Shown here: in pieces, positions 36,728 to 46,340 of the stretch
How positions within the stretch are numbered: position 1 is the first letter of the stretch
Layout: the number at the start of each line of letters is the position of its first letter
NCBI GenBank assembly: GCA_017501355.1
Contig: JAFVXA010000012.1
Span: forward strand, 3,688 to 67,687
Direction of reading: 5' to 3'
DNA from: Oscillospiraceae bacterium
GTDB taxonomy: Bacteria > Bacillota > Clostridia > Oscillospirales > Oscillospiraceae
Length of the DNA stretch: 64,000 nt
Program-made: the position numbers and the translations under genes
The notes under the pieces: model-generated
What the model was told of the DNA's origin: nothing
Seen by the model: only the letters and a program-made list of their open reading frames with translations
Database searches by the model: none

Positions 36728-38029
36728 TCAGTCTTCCCAGTCTTCCTTGGGGGGCACCCAGCCCTCCACAAAATCATGCACCTGTCCAAGGACACGGGGC
36801 GTACACACCGCCACGATATCCACCGTCTCCGCGTATTCCACGCTCTCCACCTTTGCCTCGCGATACAGCGTATCCAGCATACCCGCCTTGTCGTAAGGCA
36901 GATGGATGGTCACGCGGCGGGTACCCTTATCCAGCTTTTCATCCAGTTTCCGGATCAGATCCTCCACGCCTGCGCCGGTCTTGGCAGAAAGACAAACTAC
37001 ATTTTCGCCATGAGGCAAAATCTCGCGGGAGACCAGATCCGCCTTGTTATACACATCAATGCGGGGCAGCTGCTGTGCGCCCAGCTCCACGATCAGATCC
37101 TCCACCACGCGCACCTGCTGCTCCCACTCGGGGTTGGAGATGTCAATGACGTGCAGCAGCAGATCCGCATATTCCAGCTCCTCCAGCGTTGCCTTGAACG
37201 CCTCCACCAGCTGATGGGGGAGCTTACGGATGAAGCCGACGGTATCGGAAATGACCACATCCAGCGTATCACTGACCGTCAGCAGACGGCTGGTGGTATC
37301 AAGGGTATCAAAGAGACGGTTGTTGGCAGGAATGCCCGCATCGGTCAGCTGATTGAGCAGCGTCGACTTGCCTGCGTTGGTATAGCCCACGATGGCGACC
37401 ACGGGAATGTCGTTCTTCATGCGGCGCTGACGCTGGGTACCGCGGACGCGGCGAACCTCCTCCAGCTCCTCCTTCAGCTTGTCCACCTTGCGATGGATGT
37501 GACGGCGGTCCGTCTCCAGCTGGGTCTCACCGGGACCACGGGAGCCGATGGAGCCGCTGGTGCCTGCCTGACGCTCCAGATGGGTCCACATACCGGTCAG
37601 ACGGGGCAGCAGATACTTATACTGGGCAAGCTCTACCTGCAGACGGCCTTCTCTGGTGCGGGCGCGCTGGGCAAAAATGTCCAGAATCAGAGCGCTTCTG
37701 TCGAGCACCTGCACCTTGCACTCCTCTGTCAGCACACGCATCTGCGAGGGAGACAAATCATTATCGAAGATAACCATGGTGGCATGCTCTGCCGCGATGA
37801 GATCACGGATCTCTGCCACCTTACCCTCACCGATAAAGGTGCGGGGATTGGGACTGGGCAGGGTTTGCAGGACGGTGGCAATGCTTTCGCTGCCCGCAGT
37901 CTCCACAAGGGCTGCCAGCTCCTTCATGCTCTCCTCGTCCGCTTGCTCGCGGCGCTCCAGCTTGGGAGAGCTGAGTCCCACCAGCACCACGCGGTCTTTT
38001 TTCTTTTCCAGAGTTGTATCGTTCATCAT
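36728..38029 (-). CDS. hflX: GTPase HflX
   Basis: 433 aa. HflX N-domain plus G1 GYTNAGKST, G3 DTVGF and G4 NKAD. Confidence 0.9.
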   Translation of the reverse strand: MMNDTTLEKKKDRVVLVGLSSPKLERREQADEESMKELAALVETAGSESIATVLQTLPSPNPRTFIGEGKVAEIRDLIAAEHATMVIFDNDLSPSQMRVLTEECKVQVLDRSALILDIFAQRARTREGRLQVELAQYKYLLPRLTGMWTHLERQAGTSGSIGSRGPGETQLETDRRHIHRKVDKLKEELEEVRRVRGTQRQRRMKNDIPVVAIVGYTNAGKSTLLNQLTDAGIPANNRLFDTLDTTSRLLTVSDTLDVVISDTVGFIRKLPHQLVEAFKATLEELEYADLLLHVIDISNPEWEQQVRVVEDLIVELGAQQLPRIDVYNKADLVSREILPHGENVVCLSAKTGAGVEDLIRKLDEKLDKGTRRVTIHLPYDKAGMLDTLYREAKVESVEYAETVDIVAVCTPRVLGQVHDFVEGWVPPKEDWED

Positions 38030-38127
38030 TACTCCGCCTTATTGATCAGAATCGACCGCATCGCAGCCGTTATTTGATAGTTTTGCTTCTTTTACACAGT
38101 ATAACACCAAATCGGCGTATAGGAAAG

Positions 38128-38162
38128 AAAAAAACGCAGTGCTGCGTAAACAGCACTGCGTT
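38128..38162 (-). terminator. Rho-independent terminator after rpmE
   Basis: 12-bp stem AACGCAGTGCTG/CAGCACTGCGTT followed by TTTTTTT on the minus strand. Confidence 0.85.
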
Positions 38163-38177
38163 CTACTCGTCACGCAA

Positions 38178-38378
38178 TCAGTTGAGACCGAACTTCTTGT
38201 TGAACTTGGCAACGCGACCGCCGGTATCGACCAGCTTCTGCTTACCAGTGAAGAAGGGGTGACACTTAGAGCAGACTTCCACGTGAATGTCCTTCTTCGT
38301 GGAACCTGTCTCAATTACATTACCGCAGGCGCATTTGATAGTAGTCTGCTGATAATTGGGATGGATACCTTCCTTCAT
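38178..38378 (-). CDS. rpmE: 50S ribosomal protein L31 (zinc-binding type)
   Basis: 66 aa. MKEGIHPNY...CACG...[10 protein letters not shown]. Confidence 0.95.
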   Translation of the reverse strand: MKEGIHPNYQQTTIKCACGNVIETGSTKKDIHVEVCSKCHPFFTGKQKLVDTGGRVAKFNKKFGLN

Positions 38379-38443
38379 TGCTCTTGTTCACCTCTTTCCT
38401 TTTCAACTCGGCTTTGACAGCTTTCACCACAAAACCTTTGAGT

Positions 38444-38472
38444 ATTGTACCATGTGTTTTCGCAAATTGCAA
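38444..38472 (-). promoter_or_regulatory. sigma-A-type promoter of rpmE
   Basis: Minus strand TTGCAA (38472-67), 17-nt spacer, TACAAT (38449-44). Confidence 0.6.
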
Positions 38473-38512
38473 GAACTTTTTACAAGTTTTTTGTCTGAAA
38501 TTACAAATATTT

Positions 38513-41500
38513 TTACAGCGACACGGTGCGCCCCTCGGAGAAGAAGTAGAGCAACCGCTTCGACACCTTCTTCTCCAAAATTCGCTCCAATGCGCGGCAA
38601 TAGCTCTCCACCTGCTCGCGGTATTCCTCCGCACGGATCTCCAGCGCCTTCCCTTTCACGCGGTCGGTCTTGAAGTCCAGCACCGTCACCGTGCCGTCCT
38701 CGTTCTCCCACCAGCAGTCCACCACGCCATGGAGCATGATCTGCTCACCGACCGCGGCATTTTCGTCCAGCTCCTTCGCATCCAGCAGCAGGCTCAGCCG
38801 ATACTCTCTGTGAAGCTCTTTCGCTTCACAAAGTTGATTGCCCAAAGGCGATGACAGCAGCATTGCCACTTCATCCACGCGGATCGCTTCTGCCTGCGCA
38901 GGACTGATGCGACGATCCCGCAGGATGCGGGAAATCTCCTTGCGCACCTCGTTTTCCGATGCGCCGCAGTGGAAATTCAGATATTGCATCAGCAGATGGG
39001 TGGCAGTACCTGCTTCCGCACCGGCAAGCTTCTTTCCGCTCCCATCCAGAAAATGGGGCTTCTGTGCGCCGCGGTAATGGGGTGGCAGGGTACTTTCGCT
39101 TTCATCAATATGTTTCAGCTGTGTGGCGGAAATCACCGTGGGAAGCACGGTCTCCCGCGCATAGGGATAGGTAAAGTCCAACAGTTCCAGAGCGAAATCG
39201 GGCTCGGGCTGGGTCTCCTCTTCCGTCTCCTCCCTTTCCTCCGCAGCATCGGCATACTTCATGCCGTCATGCACCTGCACCAGCCACGGGTAATCCTTCG
39301 CCGCACCGATGGCGATCCCCTCACCCCCGAACTGCTCCCGCAGACTTCCTGCCTCCGGTCGCTGATACAGGGGCATCATCACCCATTCGCCCAGATTCTT
39401 GCCTGCATTCACCACTTCCGGATCAATGGGCAGGCAGTCTGCGGTGATTCGCTCGCCGATCTTGGCTTCGCCGCCATTGGTGCTGTGTACCATAATGAGC
39501 TTTTCCCGTGCGCGGGTCATGGCGACATAGAGGATTCGCATCTCCTCCGCTTTCATTTCCCGTTTCAGGCGGGCAACAATGGCAAGGCGGGCAAGGGTCG
39601 GGAATTTGATACGGCGGGCAAGGTCAACGCAGATCGGACCCAGCCCCAGCTGCGGATGTACCAGCACCGGTTCGTTGAAATCCTTGCTGTTGAACGCATG
39701 GGACAGATCGGAGAGGAACACCACAGGAAATTCCAGACCCTTGGACTTATGAATGGTCATGATCCGCACACCACCGCCGCTGTTTTTGCCCGCCGACACG
39801 GGTGCTTTTCCCTGCTCCAGCTGCTGACGCAGCTGCGAGGTAAAGGCAAACAGTCCCCGATAGCCCGCACCTTCAAAGCGGCGGGCGTGCTCGAGCAGCG
39901 TGAACAGGTTTTCCCGTCTTGCCACGCCGCCCTCCATGGCGCCGAATACGCCGGGGATATTCCACTCATCATAGAGAATGCTCAAAATCTGAGACACACT
40001 CTTGTCTTTGGCAAGAGCGCGCAGATCACGCAGCCGCGTCAAAAAGTCTGACACATCCTCCCCCTCTGCCGCGGTAAGGGCATCGTAGAAATCGGTACGC
40101 TTCTGGTTCGCACGGATCTCTGCAAGGCGATTGGGCGTAAAGCCAAAGAGGGGCGAGGACAGCACGGAGATCAGCGGCACATCCTGTCTGGGATTATCCA
40201 GCAGCTGCAGCAGTTGGAAGGTCACCGCGATCTCCACGGTATCGAAGAAATCGCCGCTGCTTTCGGTGCTGCAGGGGATGCCCCGCTCCTCCAGCGCGCT
40301 GCGATAGTCACTGATGCGGCTGCTGGGCGAACGCATAAGGATCACGATATCCTCCGGCTGCACGGGGCGCAGACCGTTTTCTCCCTGCACACCATAGCCC
40401 TGGCGCAGCATGGCAGCAATGCGATCCGCCACAAAGCGTGCCTCGGCGCACTGTTTTTTCAGCTTCTTGAACTCGCTCTGCCGCGCAGGCATGGCGACAA
40501 AGTGGAACTCGGTGCGGCAGTCGGGCTGGGGCGTATAGCCCTCGTTCCCCGCATAGAGACGCTCCTCATCCCCATACTCCATCTCACCCATGCGGGTGGA
40601 GAGAATATTTTCAAACACATAGTTCACCGCATCCAGCACCTCGGGGCGGGATCGGTAATTTTTCGACAGCAACAGCTTGCGGGGCTCTCCCTCCTGCGCT
40701 TCACCACAGGGTGCAAACTCCCTGTACTTCCTCAGGAAAATACCGGGATCAGCCAGACGGAAGCGATAAATGCTCTGCTTCACGTCACCTACAAGGAAGA
40801 GATTCTTCTGCTGCTTCGACACTGCCGCAAAGATACGGTTCTGCACCTCGTTGGTATCCTGATACTCGTCCACCATGATCTCCAGATAGCGGGCGGAGAC
40901 CGACTCACCCAGTGCAGTGGGCGTACCATCCTCATTTACCAACAGGTCGATGGTATCATGCGCCTGATCGGAGAAATCCGCGAGATTCCGGCGAGTCTTT
41001 TCCTCCCGATAGCCCCGGGCAAACTCCTCCGTCAGCGTCAGCAGATCCAGCATGGCAGGTGCCATGCTGCGCATATCTTCCGTATACTCCTCTGCGGAGA
41101 CGGAAAACAGCGCCTGAAACTCCTTCGCCGTTTCCTTGCACTGCTTCCAGACAAGCTGGGCGGCATTTTTCTGCACATCCACGTCTTTGTTGCGCACAGA
41201 GCCAAGGCGTGGAGGAAATTCCACCTGCGCCGCAGCAGCGCTCGCCCATTTTCCCTGCTGTGCCAGCTCCGCAAGACGATCAAACTGATCCGCCACGGCG
41301 AGGAAATGAGACCCATAGGCATTCTGGATCTCTACGATATCGCAGAATTGCGACTGCGCATGGCGCAGACGCTTGGAACAGTATGCCGCCTTCTGTCCGC
41401 ACGCAAGCAGAAGCTCCGCGCCATAAGGGGTCTCAGCAGGATCATCGGGAATGCTTTCCCAGAAGGCACGAGTCTCCCGCAGCCATTTCATGGGATAGGC

Positions 41501-42076
41501 GTGGCTCTGGATCTTGTTGTAGATCTCCACGATGAGCTTCTCCAGCCCCTCATCGCTGCGACCATAGCCGAAGGCATCGGCAAGGAGGGTACTCTCCCCG
41601 TTCAACCGCTGCTCATAGTACTGCTCCAGCACCCGCTGCAGCGTGCGCTGCCGCAGGACCGCCGCCTCGTTTTCATCCAGCGTGCGGAAATCTGCCGTCA
41701 GACGGTTACCCTGCCCATCCTCCTCCAGCAGGTGGATATTCTCCCGCAGGATACCCGCACAGAAGGAGTCGATGGTCTTGATATCTGCCCGATAGACCCG
41801 CAGAAGCTGACGGCGCAGATGCCCGTCCCCCGGGGTCACCGCAAGGCGCTTGTTCAGTTCCTCCACAATGCGTCCTCTGAGCTCCGCCGCCGCAGCGCGG
41901 GTAAAGGTGATGATGAGGAAATCATCCACATCCGCCCTTTCCTCCATCACATAGCGGAACAAACGCTCCACCAGCACACGGGTCTTACCGCTGCCTGCCG
42001 CCGCCGAAACCAGCAGCGTACCGCCGCGATTTTCCACCGCCTCTTTCTGGGCGGGGGACAGCTGAAACGCACACAT
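38513..42076 (-). CDS. addA: ATP-dependent helicase/nuclease subunit A
   Basis: UvrD-type Walker A SAAAGSGKT and a C-terminal PD-(D/E)XK nuclease region (GVVDCWW). ATG 42076 overlaps the addB stop (TGATG) with GGAGGAG upstream. Confidence 0.9.
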   Translation of the reverse strand: MCAFQLSPAQKEAVENRGGTLLVSAAAGSGKTRVLVERLFRYVMEERADVDDFLIITFTRAAAAELRGRIVEELNKRLAVTPGDGHLRRQLLRVYRADIKTIDSFCAGILRENIHLLEEDGQGNRLTADFRTLDENEAAVLRQRTLQRVLEQYYEQRLNGESTLLADAFGYGRSDEGLEKLIVEIYNKIQSHAYPMKWLRETRAFWESIPDDPAETPYGAELLLACGQKAAYCSKRLRHAQSQFCDIVEIQNAYGSHFLAVADQFDRLAELAQQGKWASAAAAQVEFPPRLGSVRNKDVDVQKNAAQLVWKQCKETAKEFQALFSVSAEEYTEDMRSMAPAMLDLLTLTEEFARGYREEKTRRNLADFSDQAHDTIDLLVNEDGTPTALGESVSARYLEIMVDEYQDTNEVQNRIFAAVSKQQKNLFLVGDVKQSIYRFRLADPGIFLRKYREFAPCGEAQEGEPRKLLLSKNYRSRPEVLDAVNYVFENILSTRMGEMEYGDEERLYAGNEGYTPQPDCRTEFHFVAMPARQSEFKKLKKQCAEARFVADRIAAMLRQGYGVQGENGLRPVQPEDIVILMRSPSSRISDYRSALEERGIPCSTESSGDFFDTVEIAVTFQLLQLLDNPRQDVPLISVLSSPLFGFTPNRLAEIRANQKRTDFYDALTAAEGEDVSDFLTRLRDLRALAKDKSVSQILSILYDEWNIPGVFGAMEGGVARRENLFTLLEHARRFEGAGYRGLFAFTSQLRQQLEQGKAPVSAGKNSGGGVRIMTIHKSKGLEFPVVFLSDLSHAFNSKDFNEPVLVHPQLGLGPICVDLARRIKFPTLARLAIVARLKREMKAEEMRILYVAMTRAREKLIMVHSTNGGEAKIGERITADCLPIDPEVVNAGKNLGEWVMMPLYQRPEAGSLREQFGGEGIAIGAAKDYPWLVQVHDGMKYADAAEEREETEEETQPEPDFALELLDFTYPYARETVLPTVISATQLKHIDESESTLPPHYRGAQKPHFLDGSGKKLAGAEAGTATHLLMQYLNFHCGASENEVRKEISRILRDRRISPAQAEAIRVDEVAMLLSSPLGNQLCEAKELHREYRLSLLLDAKELDENAAVGEQIMLHGVVDCWWENEDGTVTVLDFKTDRVKGKALEIRAEEYREQVESYCRALERILEKKVSKRLLYFFSEGRTVSL

Positions 42077-45000
42077 CAATGATCTCCTCCTTCCTCACAA
42101 ATTTGATTCCAAAATTCCTCTGTGGTTGTGGGCAGAATATAGCGCAGACGATCGCTGCCGCGCCCCTCCTCAAAGTGGCAGGCAGAGGCAAACTCACAAA
42201 ATCTGCAGGGCTTATCCATTTCGCTACGGCAGCTGGGGTCTGCATCCACGACGCCCTCCGTCATCTCCCGCAGGATCTCATGGAGCTGGCGATCCACATG
42301 GCGCGCCAACGCACCCAGCTGCTCCGCGTCTGCAATGCTGCCGGAAAGCTCCCCATTTTTATTCACCCGCACAGGGAGATAACAGGGGGTCTCCAGCGCA
42401 CTGTGCTCCATGGCACGAAGCACAATGGGATCGGCAAGCACCAGACCGCTGCGGGTCATCTCCTTGCGGAAGGCATGGCGCAGAGCTTCTTCGTCCAGAT
42501 TGCGACTCTCATGCAGCAGCTCATCTCTTGCGGGCATATACAGCACCCCCGCAGGCTCCACAGGATGCCCAAAATGCGCCTCGCCGTTTTGCTGCAGCGT
42601 AAAGAGATACAGCAGCATCTGCAAATTCAAACCATAGCGCACATCCGCAAGGTCAAATACCTTCTTACCGGTCTTATAGTCCACCACACGCAGGTACATC
42701 TTTCCATCGTGCAGCCAGCCGTCCACGCGGTCTACCTTGCCGCCCACCTGCATGGTGTGCACTCCCTCGCTGATGGAAATAGCAGGGATATCTCCCCCCT
42801 CCCCAAAGCTCAGTTCAAATGCCCGGGGCTCAAAATCCGACTCCCGCATCTCCTGCGCAAGATTATCCACGATCTTCTGCGCGGACTCAGAAAGGCGGCG
42901 GAACAGATAGCGGAAGCGGGCATTCTTCTCCCGGAAGCCATCCAGCTTTTCCTTTGCAAATTGATCGGTATATTTCTTTGTCAAACGGTGCAGCACCGCA
43001 TTGTCCACAGCCTGGAAGCCGCCCAGTTCCTTGACCTCTCTTGTCACATTCTCCAGCAAATAGTGCAGGAATGTGCCGATTTCCGGCGCGTCAAAGGTTG
43101 CGGTACGGCGCTGCTTTGCATCGAGACCGTACTGCAGGAAATAGGCATAGTGGCACTGTCGGATCTTATCCATGCGGGAGGCGGACATACGGATCTTCGT
43201 GCCGTAAAGCATCTGCACCGCCTCGGGTGAGAGCTTTCCGCGCTCCACCGTGGAGGCGCGTTTCATGGCAGAGAGCTCTTTATCGCAGCCCTTCTTCTCG
43301 AAATACTGCCACAGCTTGCCGCCCTGCCAGCTTCCTGCCGCCTGCAAAGCAGGCAGGGGCGCGGCGGCAGCATCCAGCAGGCTTGCCTCCTGCTTCCGCA
43401 GCTTTGGGAACAGCTCCTTCAGCCTTGTCACAACAAAGGCGGGCTGCAGCTCATTTCCCGCAGCATCCGCTCTGGGATAGCTCACCACGAGACGCTCTGT
43501 AGGCTGCGCAAGGGCAGCATAGAGATTTTGCAGCTCCATGACAAAATTGGCATCCGCGCCCGGCGCAAGACGGATGCCCGCCGCGCTCATGCGTTCGCGG
43601 TCTTCCTCCGTCAGCAGTCCGCCGCCCCCATTGACAGACGGGATCACGCCGTCATTGGCACCCATGATAAACAGGCACTTCACGGTCTTGCGGTCGTTCT
43701 GGACAATGGAGCTGAGCTTCACCTGATCCAGTGCCACAGGGATCGTTCCCACGCTGTACTGGGTCAGCAGCAGACGGAACAGGCGACTGAACTCCGTCTT
43801 ATCCATCTCACTGTCGCCAAGGATCTCCACAAACTGATCCATCACGCCCACGAGAATATTCCAGAGCTGGCTATACTCCTCCGCGCCCTGCAGATCGCCG
43901 CTTTGCTGCAGCTGCAGCACGCGCCGATCCAGCTTTTCAGGGATCTGGAGCGCTTCCAGAAAACGATAGAGCGCCGTGACCATTTCTCTCGCCGTGTGCC
44001 CCTTCTCCATCCCCTTCGCAAGAGCGGCAAGGGGCGTTCGGACCGCGCGGCGCAGCTCGTTGATCTTCTGCAGCTCCCTCTCTGCAGCGTCCGTCCATTC
44101 TGCGCCGTAGCCCTTCGGGTGCGCGACCCAGTCCGTTTCGCGGATCCACATATTGCCGCGGATCTCCCAGCGGATCACATAGTTCTCCAGCAGGTCGCAG
44201 TCATCGTCACACATGGGTGCCATACCGCTTTTCAGCCAGCGAAACATATCCTCGTATTCATAGCCGTTGCTGACGGATTCCAGAACCGCAGTGATCAGCG
44301 TTATCAGGGGCTTATCCAGAATGTCACTCTCGGGATCCATGTAGCAGGGAATGCCGTAGCGGCGGAACACCGTCTCCAGCACCCCCTGATAATCCCCCAC
44401 ATTCCGCACGGCAACGCCGATCTCACGGTAGCGGTAGCCCTCTTGGGTCAATCGGCGAATGGCAGCGGCAACCGCCTCCGCCTCGGCATAGACACCGGGC
44501 GCAGAAATCACGGTCACAGCCTCGCCGCTCTCCCCCTCGTACACACCGCCCGTGGCAAAGAAATTGCGCTCCAGAAATGCCAGCGGCGTATCGCTGCACT
44601 CTCCTGCAAAGTGGCGCAGCTCTGTTTCCTGTCCGTTCTCCTGCGCAAGGCGCTGCAAACGACCGATGGTGGCGGCGGTATCGGCAAAGATACCGCTCTT
44701 ATCGTCGCCATCGTGGAGCAGCGCCACCGTCACACTGCGGCACTGCCGCAGCATGACAGTGATCGCCCGCTCCTCCTGTGCGTTGAAATAGGAAATGCCG
44801 TCAAAAAAGACATCCTTCCCCTGCATATAGCCGGATTCCTCCAGCTTTTCCGCCATGCGGGTCACACGGTCACGGGAATCCATGTCGCCATTTGCGAGCT
44901 TCGCCTCATACATACCGATGATAAGCGAAAGATCCCTCAGCTTCTTCCCCGTTTCCTCATCGGCAGCCTCCGCCTGCTCCAGCAGCATCTCCGGCGTGAC

Positions 45001-45387
45001 GCGATAGCTGCGGAACTCATCCGCAAGGCTGACCAGTCCCGAAAGAAAGGCAGATTTCAAAAACGAGCGCCGGAAATAAAGGAGCTCCGTCCCCACCTCC
45101 TGCAGCGTCCGCTGCATGGTCAGCAGCTTGCCGCCCTTGTCGAGCTCCACATCCGCGCCGCCGCCCACGATGTCCAGCACCGCCTTTGCAAGGCTTTCAA
45201 AGCTCAGCACCGCCGCATGGCGGGTCGCGGTGTCGCCGCAGACGCGGCAAAGCTCCAGCTCCGCCTCATGGGTCACATACTGGGGCACGATCAGAAGCTG
45301 GCGGGAACTGTCCCCCAGCACGCGGATCTGCTCCAGTATCTCCGCTGATTTCCCTGAGCGCGCCCGCCCTGTCCAAATACGCAGCAT
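42076..45387 (-). CDS. addB: ATP-dependent helicase/nuclease subunit B
   Basis: ATG 45387 follows GAGGTGA (track start 45420). GRARSGKS motif and a C-terminal nuclease with Fe-S cysteines CRSEMDKPCRFCEFASAC. Confidence 0.9.
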   Translation of the reverse strand: MLRIWTGRARSGKSAEILEQIRVLGDSSRQLLIVPQYVTHEAELELCRVCGDTATRHAAVLSFESLAKAVLDIVGGGADVELDKGGKLLTMQRTLQEVGTELLYFRRSFLKSAFLSGLVSLADEFRSYRVTPEMLLEQAEAADEETGKKLRDLSLIIGMYEAKLANGDMDSRDRVTRMAEKLEESGYMQGKDVFFDGISYFNAQEERAITVMLRQCRSVTVALLHDGDDKSGIFADTAATIGRLQRLAQENGQETELRHFAGECSDTPLAFLERNFFATGGVYEGESGEAVTVISAPGVYAEAEAVAAAIRRLTQEGYRYREIGVAVRNVGDYQGVLETVFRRYGIPCYMDPESDILDKPLITLITAVLESVSNGYEYEDMFRWLKSGMAPMCDDDCDLLENYVIRWEIRGNMWIRETDWVAHPKGYGAEWTDAAERELQKINELRRAVRTPLAALAKGMEKGHTAREMVTALYRFLEALQIPEKLDRRVLQLQQSGDLQGAEEYSQLWNILVGVMDQFVEILGDSEMDKTEFSRLFRLLLTQYSVGTIPVALDQVKLSSIVQNDRKTVKCLFIMGANDGVIPSVNGGGGLLTEEDRERMSAAGIRLAPGADANFVMELQNLYAALAQPTERLVVSYPRADAAGNELQPAFVVTRLKELFPKLRKQEASLLDAAAAPLPALQAAGSWQGGKLWQYFEKKGCDKELSAMKRASTVERGKLSPEAVQMLYGTKIRMSASRMDKIRQCHYAYFLQYGLDAKQRRTATFDAPEIGTFLHYLLENVTREVKELGGFQAVDNAVLHRLTKKYTDQFAKEKLDGFREKNARFRYLFRRLSESAQKIVDNLAQEMRESDFEPRAFELSFGEGGDIPAISISEGVHTMQVGGKVDRVDGWLHDGKMYLRVVDYKTGKKVFDLADVRYGLNLQMLLYLFTLQQNGEAHFGHPVEPAGVLYMPARDELLHESRNLDEEALRHAFRKEMTRSGLVLADPIVLRAMEHSALETPCYLPVRVNKNGELSGSIADAEQLGALARHVDRQLHEILREMTEGVVDADPSCRSEMDKPCRFCEFASACHFEEGRGSDRLRYILPTTTEEFWNQICEEGGDH

Positions 45388-45455
45388 ACCTTTCACCTCA
45401 ACTATGGCATGAGACTCCATACGTCACACAGCCTTGCGACGTATGGAGTCCTGTC

Positions 45456-46340
45456 TCAATTCTTTTTCTGTTCCCATTCCTTGAGGGGCTTCAGCTCCTC
45501 ATGCAGACGCAGATAATTCTGGTGCCGCACAGGATGGATCTTCCCCGCCTGCAAGGCTTCCAGCACGGCGCAGCCCTTCTCCTTGGTATGACTGCAGCCC
45601 ACAAAACGGCAATCCTCCCGATAGGGTGCAAACTCCCGGAAGGTCTCCGGCAAGCGGCACTTCAGTTCCCAGCTCATCTCTGCCGTTTCAAAGGAGGAAA
45701 AGCCCGGTGTGTCGATAACCTCTGCGCCGCAGTCCAGCTTGAACAACTCCGTATGGCGGGTAGTGTGGCGACCACGACCAAGGGCATGGCTCACCTCGCC
45801 CACCTTCAGCTGAAAATCAGGCTGCAGGGCATTCAGCACGCTGGATTTTCCAACGCCGGAGTTGCCTGTAAAGGCAGAAAGCTTTCCGACGATATGTGTT
45901 TTCAGCTCCTCCAGCCCCTCTCCTGTAGCGGCACTCACCCGCACCACAGGGAAGCCTGCAGCAGTATAGATCTCATACAGCGCATCGCCCCGATCCAGAT
46001 CGCACTTGTTGATGCAGATCAGCACCTCGCAGTTTTTCAGCGCGGCGATGGCTGCCACGCGGTCAATGAGGTAGGGATCGGTGACGGGGTTGACATTGGC
46101 ACAGAGCACCACCAGCTGATCAATGTTGGCGGCAGCGGGACGGAGGAAAGAATTTCGTCTCTCCTCCACCGACTCCACCACGCCCTCGCCGCCGCTGAGG
46201 GGCTGTACTTCCACGAAGTCACCCACAAGGGGACTGAAGCCATCCTTGCGGAACTTGCCGCGGGCGCGGCAGGTCAGCACTTCGTCACCGATATCCACAT
46301 AATAGAAGCCGCTGAGGGCTTTTTGAATGCGTCCTCTCAC
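45456..46340 (-). CDS. rsgA: ribosome small-subunit-dependent GTPase A
   Basis: 294 aa. Circularly permuted GTPase motifs NKCD, GNSGVGKSS and DTPGF, plus zinc knuckle CRFVGCSHTKEKGC. Confidence 0.9.
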   Translation of the reverse strand: MRGRIQKALSGFYYVDIGDEVLTCRARGKFRKDGFSPLVGDFVEVQPLSGGEGVVESVEERRNSFLRPAAANIDQLVVLCANVNPVTDPYLIDRVAAIAALKNCEVLICINKCDLDRGDALYEIYTAAGFPVVRVSAATGEGLEELKTHIVGKLSAFTGNSGVGKSSVLNALQPDFQLKVGEVSHALGRGRHTTRHTELFKLDCGAEVIDTPGFSSFETAEMSWELKCRLPETFREFAPYREDCRFVGCSHTKEKGCAVLEALQAGKIHPVRHQNYLRLHEELKPLKEWEQKKN

